From an uncultured virus (IMG/VR IMGVR_UViG_3300030108_001449) (Duplodnaviria; Heunggongvirae; Uroviricota; Caudoviricetes), in the IMG/VR virus record IMGVR_UViG_3300030108_001449: a DNA stretch of 20,000 nucleotides; one strand, written 5' to 3'. Shown piece after piece: positions 1 through 6,609 of this stretch. The notes beneath the pieces were generated by a model, which saw nothing but the letters and a program-made list of their open reading frames with translations, had not been told where the DNA came from and searched no databases. Each line of letters starts with the position of its first letter. Positions within the stretch are counted from its first letter, which is position 1. The translations under genes were made by a program, and so were the position numbers.

Positions 1-330
1 TCCAAGATACTTCAAGCCATCTGTGTAAGTTTTTTCCCACTCTGATCTGCTGTTTTTGTCTTGTTCAATTGAAGACAAAATATCAGATGACAAAGCGTTA
101 AGCTCTGACTCATCAATAAAGTCAACCAAATTACTATCAAATGGGATTTGTTCTTCTTCTGGCGTTTGTGCTATTTCTTCGTCAATTAATAAGCTGTCAT
201 CACTGACAAGAATTTCAGCAGCGTTCTGTATTTGTTGCTGGCGTGTTTGTTCTGGAAATACGCTAACAGAAGATCCCATCTCCCTGACTTCTGGAGTTTC
301 TGGAGTTCCACCTACTCTTTCAACAGCCAT
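1..330 (-). CDS. Portal protein, N-terminal 110 aa (runs off the left edge; not in the ORF track)
   Basis: Manual translation from ATG at 330: MAVERVGGTPETPEV...IPFDSNLVDFIDESELNALSSDILSSIEQDKNSRSEWEKTYTDGLKYLG, open to base 1. The FDxNL...DxxSRxEWExxYxxGLxxLG pattern is typical of the N-terminus of P22-like portals of marine phages. It lies directly downstream of TerL. Confidence 0.85.
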   Translation of the reverse strand, partial: MAVERVGGTPETPEVREMGSSVSVFPEQTRQQQIQNAAEILVSDDSLLIDEEIAQTPEEEQIPFDSNLVDFIDESELNALSSDILSSIEQDKNSRSEWEKTYTDGLKYLG

Positions 331-351
331 AGCAAATTCTCAACAAATCGA

Positions 352-1836
352 TTAGTAGTAAACCATACGCTTTTTAGGCAGAAAATTCACCTCATCTGGG
401 TAATCTTCATCGAGCGCAACAAAGCCTCCCTGCCTGAATCGCATTAATGCCATTGTCATGCTGTCCACATAGTCGTCGTTATCGCCATAAGGAAAAGCAG
501 CGCATTCTTCGATGACTTCTTCAGCAAAGGTATCGTCAGTAGCCCAGACCATTCCTGACTCGAAGATAGGAGCAACACTGTTCATTCTTGCTATTTTATC
601 CTGACCCCTGCTTGGAGAGTAAGCAGTGACAGGTATTCCCATTCTTCTCAACTCTTGAGTTAAAGGTGTGCCACTAGCCTTGGCTTCTATCAAAACGCAA
701 TCAGGTTCCCAATACCTGTATTCTTCGTAGGCAACTTTTTTAAGTTCTGGAAAATCCACCCTCAAACGTTTTGCGTCAAGCAAAATGATCTGGTCTGCTC
801 CACCTTCTTCTGGGTTAAAGATAGCCCATGTGGTGATTGCAGAGTAATCAGCAGTTTCTTTTTTGCTAAAAGCTGTGTCGTAAGATTGAATGACATACGA
901 GTAAGCAGGAACGTCTTCAGGCTCCCACCTATTCCACCACTCTCTTTTTACAATAGAGCCAGCCTCTGCTGTTGGATTTTGCAGCCACTGGCTGTTCCAT
1001 TTGTTTATGGGAAGAGAAGCTTTTACTGAAAGCAGTTCTTCTTTTTTCCAGAACTCAGGCCAGAGCGGAGTTTCGCTCTCAGGCATGATTGCAGGGAACT
1101 CCACAACATCCCATTGGTCTGCGTGTTCATCGCCTTGTTTTTTTAACACCTTGCCAACCAGATCTTTTGTGCTCCATCTGGTCATAACAATTATAATAAT
1201 CCCACCGGGCTGTAAACGCTGCCTTGGCCCTGACGTATACCATTCGTATGCTGATTCCATTGCAGTGGGTGACATGGCATCTTGCTCTGAATGTGGATCA
1301 TCAATGATCAACAAATCTGCGCCTCGCCCTGTAATCGCGCCTCCCACACCAGCAGCAAAGAACTCTCCTTCTTGATTGCTTGTCCAACGTCCTGCTGATT
1401 TGTTATCAGCTTGAAGTTTAAGGTCAGGGAAAATGACGTTGTAGTCTTCTGAGTCGATTATGTTCCTGACCCTTCTGCCAAACCTAACAGCCAGTTCTGC
1501 TGTGTGAGTTGTTTGGATTATCTTGAGGTTTCCTCTCAGCCCCATCATCCAAGATGGAAAGTAGGTGCTGGCAAATTCTGATTTAGAATGTCTTGGAGGC
1601 AGACATACAATAAGTCTTTTAAGTTTCCCTTCAGCTATCTTGTTGAATTTTTCGCCAATAATTTTGTGATGCCTTCCTTCAATAAAATCAGGCCACAAAT
1701 GTTTGACATAGCTAATAAAGTCTTTTCTACAGGAATCCTGTTTCTCAAGCTGATCGTAACGATTGAGCAAGGCAACAGCTTCTGCCTTATCTTGCTGAGA
1801 CAGTATGTCAAAGTCTTTGAAGTTTAGTTCAGCCAA
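352..1836 (-). CDS. terL: Terminase large subunit (494 aa, TTG start)
   Basis: Walker A-like PPRHSKSE, GGAITGRGADLLIIDDP (Walker B), coupling motif VMTRW, RNase H-fold nuclease QSYDTAF, IEAKASG and DDYVDSMT. TTG start follows the lysozyme stop directly, with GGGAG upstream. Confidence 0.96.
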   Translation of the reverse strand: MAELNFKDFDILSQQDKAEAVALLNRYDQLEKQDSCRKDFISYVKHLWPDFIEGRHHKIIGEKFNKIAEGKLKRLIVCLPPRHSKSEFASTYFPSWMMGLRGNLKIIQTTHTAELAVRFGRRVRNIIDSEDYNVIFPDLKLQADNKSAGRWTSNQEGEFFAAGVGGAITGRGADLLIIDDPHSEQDAMSPTAMESAYEWYTSGPRQRLQPGGIIIIVMTRWSTKDLVGKVLKKQGDEHADQWDVVEFPAIMPESETPLWPEFWKKEELLSVKASLPINKWNSQWLQNPTAEAGSIVKREWWNRWEPEDVPAYSYVIQSYDTAFSKKETADYSAITTWAIFNPEEGGADQIILLDAKRLRVDFPELKKVAYEEYRYWEPDCVLIEAKASGTPLTQELRRMGIPVTAYSPSRGQDKIARMNSVAPIFESGMVWATDDTFAEEVIEECAAFPYGDNDDYVDSMTMALMRFRQGGFVALDEDYPDEVNFLPKKRMVYY

Positions 1837-2292
1837 CTAAACGTTCTCCCAAGCTTCTCCTTTGAAAAGCCTTGACTCAGCCTCTCGCCTTCTAATTAAT
1901 CCATCAAGAACTTGTCCACCAGCACGATTCCAACGCTTCATTTGTCGAGGAACCTCTTCCAGATTCCCAGCGTTCAGTTCCTTGAGCATTGTAGAATCAG
2001 CAAGGTTTGAAGGGCCAAGGTTATACGTCCACGCAACGAGAGCATCGAATTCATTTTGCTCTAAATCTGTCTCTACATATTTTTTAACGTAATTTTCAAA
2101 CTCTGCTAAATCCTCTGCCAGCATCGTTTCTGCTTCTTCTTGGGTGCAAGTATCGCCATCAGAAACACCAGCAGTGTGACCGTAGCCTATGGTTGGTACG
2201 TCAGCACTGCACCTATATGCGCTTAACTCGCATCCTTCAAATGATTTAATTAAGGAGATCCCTTCTTGGGATGTTTTCAAATCGTCATTCAT
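1837..2292 (-). CDS. Endolysin, GH24 phage lysozyme (likely start MNDDLK at 2292, 151 aa)
   Basis: GISLIKSFEGCELSAYRCSADVPTIGYGHT, FDALVAWTYNLG, WNRAGGQVLDGLIRRREAE are GH24 signatures. Confidence 0.95.
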   Translation of the reverse strand: MNDDLKTSQEGISLIKSFEGCELSAYRCSADVPTIGYGHTAGVSDGDTCTQEEAETMLAEDLAEFENYVKKYVETDLEQNEFDALVAWTYNLGPSNLADSTMLKELNAGNLEEVPRQMKRWNRAGGQVLDGLIRRREAESRLFKGEAWENV

Positions 2293-2680
2293 CTTGTTTG
2301 TCCTCTGACTGATCAAGATCACGATAATACTTTAAAATGTTTATGACTTGCCTCAAATATCTTTTGACTTCAGCCATGTTCGTAGAAAGATTCTCGTAAC
2401 CTTTTGCTGTTAAAGAATACCATGCGTTTGTTGGAGCATTACCTTGCTCAAGATCATCTAAATACTCTTGCATGAGGGAGGGTGTCAAGACAGTCCACTC
2501 GACTGGCACAGGATCGATTTGGTTTGGTAAAGGAGGGTGATAGATAGGGGCTTGTTTTTCTATAGTCACCACTTCAACAGGTTTGACCTCTGGTATTTCT
2601 CTTTTAGACCCTAGTACAGAGCACGCACTAGCCAGAAGCAGTGTTAGAAATAATAAAATCTTGATCAAATTGTTTTTCAT
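2285..2680 (-). CDS. Outer-membrane spanin (o-spanin, Rz1-like lipoprotein)
   Basis: Signal peptide with lipobox LASAC, Pro-rich periplasmic segment, overlap with the upstream i-spanin, position next to the endolysin. Confidence 0.75.
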   Translation of the reverse strand: MKNNLIKILLFLTLLLASACSVLGSKREIPEVKPVEVVTIEKQAPIYHPPLPNQIDPVPVEWTVLTPSLMQEYLDDLEQGNAPTNAWYSLTAKGYENLSTNMAEVKRYLRQVINILKYYRDLDQSEDKQDE

Positions 2681-3068
2681 CTGTTATCTGCTTCAGGTCA
2701 TTCAGCACTGTTTTCGTGCCGCGATTGATAATATTTTGGATTAGCTGAGGCTTCCTGATTGACAGCACATCGATAGAATGCTTTGAAAACTTTTTTCTGA
2801 TATCAGTGACCTCGTTTTGAGCAACCATGTTTTCTTTTTGCAATCGCTCGACTTGGGCAACCATGAGTTTGTGATTTTGAACAGTTTGTTCTAAGTTTTG
2901 ATTTTGTTTCTCAATGGTTCCTTCAAGGGTTTTTTGATTCTGAATTGACTGCTCTAACCTTATATGAAACGAGTCCAATTCAGCTTGTGATTTATCGTAA
3001 TACATTTTGAAAGCACCAGATACAAGCACCAAAGCAACGCCTAAGCCAACGCTTAATTTAAATCCCAC
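2628..3068 (-). CDS. Inner-membrane spanin (i-spanin, Rz-like)
   Basis: Single N-terminal TM helix then a long coiled coil; its 3' end overlaps the lipoprotein gene by 53 bp. Confidence 0.75.
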   Translation of the reverse strand: MGFKLSVGLGVALVLVSGAFKMYYDKSQAELDSFHIRLEQSIQNQKTLEGTIEKQNQNLEQTVQNHKLMVAQVERLQKENMVAQNEVTDIRKKFSKHSIDVLSIRKPQLIQNIINRGTKTVLNDLKQITDEKQFDQDFIISNTASG

Positions 3069-3380
3069 TTATGACCCTTTCTTCCATTTTTTGGAGGGTG
3101 ACTTAGTTTTGCTAGGTGACCATTTGACACGGTTTGCCCAGTAAGCTGCTGAAAGCTTGCCCTTTTTTATATTTTTTGCATGGCGAGATTTGAACGCTTT
3201 TCTTTGACCTACAGTCTGATTGGTCTTGACACCCTGCTGCCCGAATCGAATGGTCTTAACCTTGTCGCCTTCTTTTGCTACAACTATGTGTGATTTCTTT
3301 GGATGATTAGGAGTTCTTTTTGGCTTGTTGTAACCAGTGACCCCTGCTCGTTTTAGTCTGGAATCTTTCTCTTTAGGCAT
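3069..3380 (-). CDS. Small Lys-rich phage protein (paralog of 13573..13857)
   Basis: GYNKPKR...VVAKEGDKVKTIRFG...RKAFKSRH...AAYWA aligns by eye with the 13573..13857 product. Confidence 0.8.
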   Translation of the reverse strand: MPKEKDSRLKRAGVTGYNKPKRTPNHPKKSHIVVAKEGDKVKTIRFGQQGVKTNQTVGQRKAFKSRHAKNIKKGKLSAAYWANRVKWSPSKTKSPSKKWKKGS

Positions 3381-3622
3381 TATCGCTTCTTACCTTTGTG
3401 CAGCCCATGCTTTGCATGTTGCTTGCCTTTCTTAGTTGCTGCCCTTTTCTTTTTGTTGGCTGCTGCCAGCTTGGCTCTGCCAGCTTTGGTTGATTTTAGT
3501 TTTTTGATAGTGGCTGAAGGCGCATAAACCTCACCAGTTTCTGATGACTTTTTACCACTAGGGGTTCGCCATTTTTGCTTAGTCCATTTCTTTAAAGACT
3601 TTTGAGATTTCTTCAATGCCAT
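3380..3622 (-). CDS. Small Lys-rich phage protein (DUF5872-like; paralog of 13034..13360)
   Basis: LKKWTKQKW motif; TAATG coupling with the next gene. Confidence 0.75.
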   Translation of the reverse strand: MALKKSQKSLKKWTKQKWRTPSGKKSSETGEVYAPSATIKKLKSTKAGRAKLAAANKKKRAATKKGKQHAKHGLHKGKKR

Positions 3623-3710
3623 TACTGATTATGCTCTTTCAGTTTCTGTTGACGAATCCATTCTTCTATTTTTTTTTACTTTCTATTTTTTGTTGTGCTT
3701 GTTTTGCCAT
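3622..3710 (-). pseudogene. Probable 29-aa gene broken by a 1-nt deletion in an A9 run
   Basis: ATG at 3710 and TAA at 3622-3624 both form TAATG overlaps with the neighbours, but the span is 89 nt. One extra A in the run at 3669-3677 gives MAKQAQQKIESKKKIEEWIRQQKLKEHNQ*. Confidence 0.6.
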
Positions 3711-3919
3711 TAGTTCTTGTATCCACCACCTTTAGCCTTGTACTGCTTTGCAAGCATTTGAGCCTTACGAGCAGACCATTGCCCCGGCTTCCCACCTTTT
3801 GATCCAGCTTTTATCTTGTTAAACAAAGCTTTCCTCATAGTGGGTTTTGTGTAGTTTCCAGCTTCGTTGACTTTAGATTTTGCTTTCTTTTTTGTCGTAG
3901 TCTTTTTTTTAGGAGGCAT
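3710..3919 (-). CDS. Small Lys-rich phage protein (DUF5872-like; probable paralog of 13360..13572)
   Basis: NYTKPTMRKALF...GQWSARKAQMLAKQYKAKGGGYK. Confidence 0.78.
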   Translation of the reverse strand: MPPKKKTTTKKKAKSKVNEAGNYTKPTMRKALFNKIKAGSKGGKPGQWSARKAQMLAKQYKAKGGGYKN

Positions 3920-3921
3920 TC

Positions 3922-4131
3922 TTACACCAAAAAATTAATTGAACTTTCCTGTCTGGCACGTTCCATTTGCACTTTGTTATTTTTTGAAATATACAGGGTG
4001 CTGTCAAGCTGTTCTACCCTCTGTCTTTGCTCTTCAACTTGCAGATTATCCATAAGTCTTTGATACTTTTGCTCTGCTACCTGTCTCCAAGCTATTTGAT
4101 TTGTTGGTGTTGTTGCTCCTATATCCATCAT
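3922..4131 (-). CDS. Hypothetical protein (about 69 aa)
   Basis: Fills the gap in the minus-strand operon and overlaps the upstream stop. Confidence 0.6.
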   Translation of the reverse strand: MMDIGATTPTNQIAWRQVAEQKYQRLMDNLQVEEQRQRVEQLDSTLYISKNNKVQMERARQESSINFLV

Positions 4132-4592
4132 TTAAAGATCAGTATGACCCCTCCAATTAAAATAAATGCACAAAGTAACCCTATAGCGGTCACCCCCATA
4201 ATCACCCAGATCTGTTGAACCATTTTTTTTCTGGCTGCTGCTCTGGCTTTTATCGCCTCCATCTGTCGTTTGTGATTGGCTTTTTGTCTAGCTTTAGCTT
4301 CTTCCCACCGCTGCAAGAGAGCTGGATCGTGAATAACCAACATATCGTGTAGCGACTTTTCCCATTGATCCCTGCGGTGCTTGATACTTTCGAGTTTTAA
4401 CAATTCTTGGGATGACAGGTTGTTGATTACTGAGTCTTTCTTTTCACGCTCAAACGAATCCAGCGCATCAGAAAAACCTTGCATCAATTCGACGGCTTTG
4501 CTGGCCCCATCGCCGACCTCATTGAGCTTATTGATTGCTTGGCTTATGGTGCTGAGGATCGCACCTGCTGCCGCGACTGATTCTATAATCAT
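4128..4592 (-). CDS. Coiled-coil protein with C-terminal transmembrane helix
   Basis: 154 aa, helical, ending in IWVIMGVTAIGLLCAFILIGGVILIFK. Confidence 0.75.
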   Translation of the reverse strand: MIIESVAAAGAILSTISQAINKLNEVGDGASKAVELMQGFSDALDSFEREKKDSVINNLSSQELLKLESIKHRRDQWEKSLHDMLVIHDPALLQRWEEAKARQKANHKRQMEAIKARAAARKKMVQQIWVIMGVTAIGLLCAFILIGGVILIFK

Positions 4593-4601
4593 GGTAAACC
4601 T

Positions 4602-4922
4602 CTATGGCTTACGCGACATATAGGCCGTGGCTCCAAAATAAAGACCTATTATGCTGGCTTGGCTAAGGAACAACATATCGCTTAGGGAAGACAAGGTTGA
4701 GAGGCGTTCTTCTGGTACAAACGGAAATAAAGGCAATAAAGAATATAAAACCATTGATGACATAGCAACCCAAGCTATTCTGCGCTGGCTGTCTTGCTTC
4801 TCCTCTCGCAAGTCCAATTCCAGCATTTGCGTTGCCCGCTCTAGTTCCTCATCGGTTACAGTGCCGTCATTATCTATATCATATTTCGCCCAGACACTGT
4901 TTTCTTGTAGCTTTTTTGGCAT
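4602..4922 (-). CDS. EF-hand-containing two-TM membrane protein, holin candidate (likely start MPKKLQ at 4922)
   Basis: Canonical 12-residue loop DIDNDGTVTDEE, then two hydrophobic segments and a GLYFG motif near a basic C-terminus; upstream of the lysis genes. Confidence 0.65.
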   Translation of the reverse strand: MPKKLQENSVWAKYDIDNDGTVTDEELERATQMLELDLREEKQDSQRRIAWVAMSSMVLYSLLPLFPFVPEERLSTLSSLSDMLFLSQASIIGLYFGATAYMSRKP

Positions 4923-4924
4923 AA

Positions 4925-5146
4925 CTAATCCCAAAATTTTTGGTTGGCCCCAGCCATTACAGGGCGACAATAGGCTGTTATGTTTTGTTGCCTGACTCCT
5001 CCCCTACACTTTGAATCTCGACAATTATGTTCTATCCAGAAAGCAAATTGCTGACATCTATGAATGTCTCGAAATAACATTTGTTCTGCACCATCAACTA
5101 CATTTCCATCAATCACAGTGATGAGCATAAAAGCTAAGATTGCCAT
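4925..5146 (-). CDS. Hypothetical protein, 73 aa, four Cys, hydrophobic N-terminus
   Basis: ORF track; fits operon packing. Confidence 0.7.
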   Translation of the reverse strand: MAILAFMLITVIDGNVVDGAEQMLFRDIHRCQQFAFWIEHNCRDSKCRGGVRQQNITAYCRPVMAGANQKFWD

Positions 5147-5149
5147 TAG

Positions 5150-5329
5150 TCATAGGATTTTGGCTAAAACAACACTAACCAGAATAAATGGATAGACTCC
5201 CCAGATCAACATTTCTAATCGTTTAAATTTTGCTGAACCTTCGTCCAGACGTTTTTCGATGTGCTCATATCTAATCGCGCATTCGCGCTCATGGGTCTTG
5301 ATTTCAGACAACGCCTCAGAATCAGACAT
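5150..5329 (-). CDS. Small coiled-coil plus C-terminal TM protein (XhlA-like)
   Basis: HERECAIRYEHIEKRLDEGSAKFKRLE followed by one TM helix; TGATG coupling to the upstream gene. Confidence 0.7.
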   Translation of the reverse strand: MSDSEALSEIKTHERECAIRYEHIEKRLDEGSAKFKRLEMLIWGVYPFILVSVVLAKIL

Positions 5330-5442
5330 CACTTTTTCTTGAGCGTTTTCTCTAAACGTGCTGCTTGAGAGGCGTGCATCTTACTTGCTTTTTTCAGCTC
5401 TGCAATCATTTTGCGTTTTTGCGCGACAGTCATTTCAGCCAT
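5329..5442 (-). CDS. 37-aa basic protein (not in ORF track; paralog of 8764..8895)
   Basis: MAEMTVAQKRKMIAELKKASKMHASQAARLEKTLKKK; TAATG and TGATG overlaps at its two ends. Confidence 0.75.
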   Translation of the reverse strand: MAEMTVAQKRKMIAELKKASKMHASQAARLEKTLKKK

Positions 5443-5648
5443 TAGTCTGACCTTTTTACAAACTTAATTGGATTGGTTGTGGCTCCATCTTTTGCCTTAC
5501 CAATGTTTAGGGCAACCATTTCTATCACTGGGTAAATGTACTTACCCATAAATTCGTTATCTTTTGGCGTTGGCGTTACGGCGCAAATCGCACTGCTTAT
5601 CGTGACAAACAGGCTGGCGTATATCAGTAGGTCTGCAATAAAATCCAT
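5442..5648 (-). CDS. Small membrane protein, holin-like
   Basis: N-terminal TM, TPTPKDN motif, second amphipathic segment; AAGGA SD upstream. Confidence 0.65.
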   Translation of the reverse strand: MDFIADLLIYASLFVTISSAICAVTPTPKDNEFMGKYIYPVIEMVALNIGKAKDGATTNPIKFVKRSD

Positions 5649-5657
5649 TTTTTTTCC

Positions 5658-6362
5658 TTACAAGCGATTCCCATCATTATCCACTGGCCACACGTTCAGA
5701 TTTGCTGCGACTGTTCTCCTTTCGCCTTCACCCTCAAATGGATAAACCATGTGTTGCAGCCAGCAAGGAAACATTAAAAACTTTCCAACTTCTGGTTTTA
5801 TTATAAACGATTGTGGGGGAGAAAGTCTTTCAGCGTCAGTCTGGCTGTTTCTGCCATAAGAAAACGCCAAACACCCATCAGCGTTCCCCGAGGCGTTGTA
5901 AAGTCGAAACTCCTTAGAATTTGCGTCTGGCTGATCCAATATTTGATCTGGAACCTTAGTCCACAAAACACAAGAAATGCCCATAAGTGTTTTGGTTCCG
6001 TGATCATGGATTGGATTATAGTCTTTTTCATAGCTATGGACAGACCAAATTTCGTCAGTCGCAACCTCCCTTTTCCCTTCAAAAAAATTACCGGTCATTG
6101 AACAAAACTGTTTCACAAAGTCTGTACCTAAACCTTGGATTAATGTGTTAAATTCTTGCAACTCTTCGCAATGCGGATTCATTGTGAGTTGCTGGCCTCG
6201 CGTTATTTGTCCAACCAAGCTCCCAGCATGACTTTTTCGAGTTTCGCTGACCATTAGCTTGTCAAGATACTTATTAAGAGAATCAGTTGTTTCTTTAGGC
6301 ACACGAGCCTCCAGCATAAAAAATGCTGGTATAGTGTGAATCAGGTAGTCTTGCTGAGCCAT
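5658..6362 (-). CDS. 2OG-Fe(II) oxygenase (TIGR02466-like)
   Basis: YNPIHDH metal motif, PEVGKFLMFPCWLQHMVYPF distal His, ERRTVAANL 2OG-binding Arg strand. Confidence 0.85.
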   Translation of the reverse strand: MAQQDYLIHTIPAFFMLEARVPKETTDSLNKYLDKLMVSETRKSHAGSLVGQITRGQQLTMNPHCEELQEFNTLIQGLGTDFVKQFCSMTGNFFEGKREVATDEIWSVHSYEKDYNPIHDHGTKTLMGISCVLWTKVPDQILDQPDANSKEFRLYNASGNADGCLAFSYGRNSQTDAERLSPPQSFIIKPEVGKFLMFPCWLQHMVYPFEGEGERRTVAANLNVWPVDNDGNRL

Positions 6363-6374
6363 GATTAAGGTTTT

Positions 6375-6590
6375 TTAATCAGCAGAAACCTCAAAAGCTG
6401 TGCTTTCTGATTCCAAATTGGAAACATTATCTTCTGCTGGAGCCTGTTGTTTTAACTCATTTAAAAATCGTTCGCGCATTGCTCCTATCGCTGAAAGCTG
6501 GTCGCCGTTAAACATGCCTCGTTTTGCAGCAACATCAATTAAATTTAAGACGTTTGCCAAATCGTGCGTTTCTATAAATTTAGTTTCCAT
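6375..6590 (-). CDS. Small acidic hypothetical protein downstream of the tail fibre
   Basis: 71 aa, LIDVAAKRGMFNG motif, AAGGA SD upstream. Confidence 0.75.
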   Translation of the reverse strand: METKFIETHDLANVLNLIDVAAKRGMFNGDQLSAIGAMRERFLNELKQQAPAEDNVSNLESESTAFEVSAD

Positions 6591-6609
6591 CGTCCTTGCT
6601 CCTGTTTTT

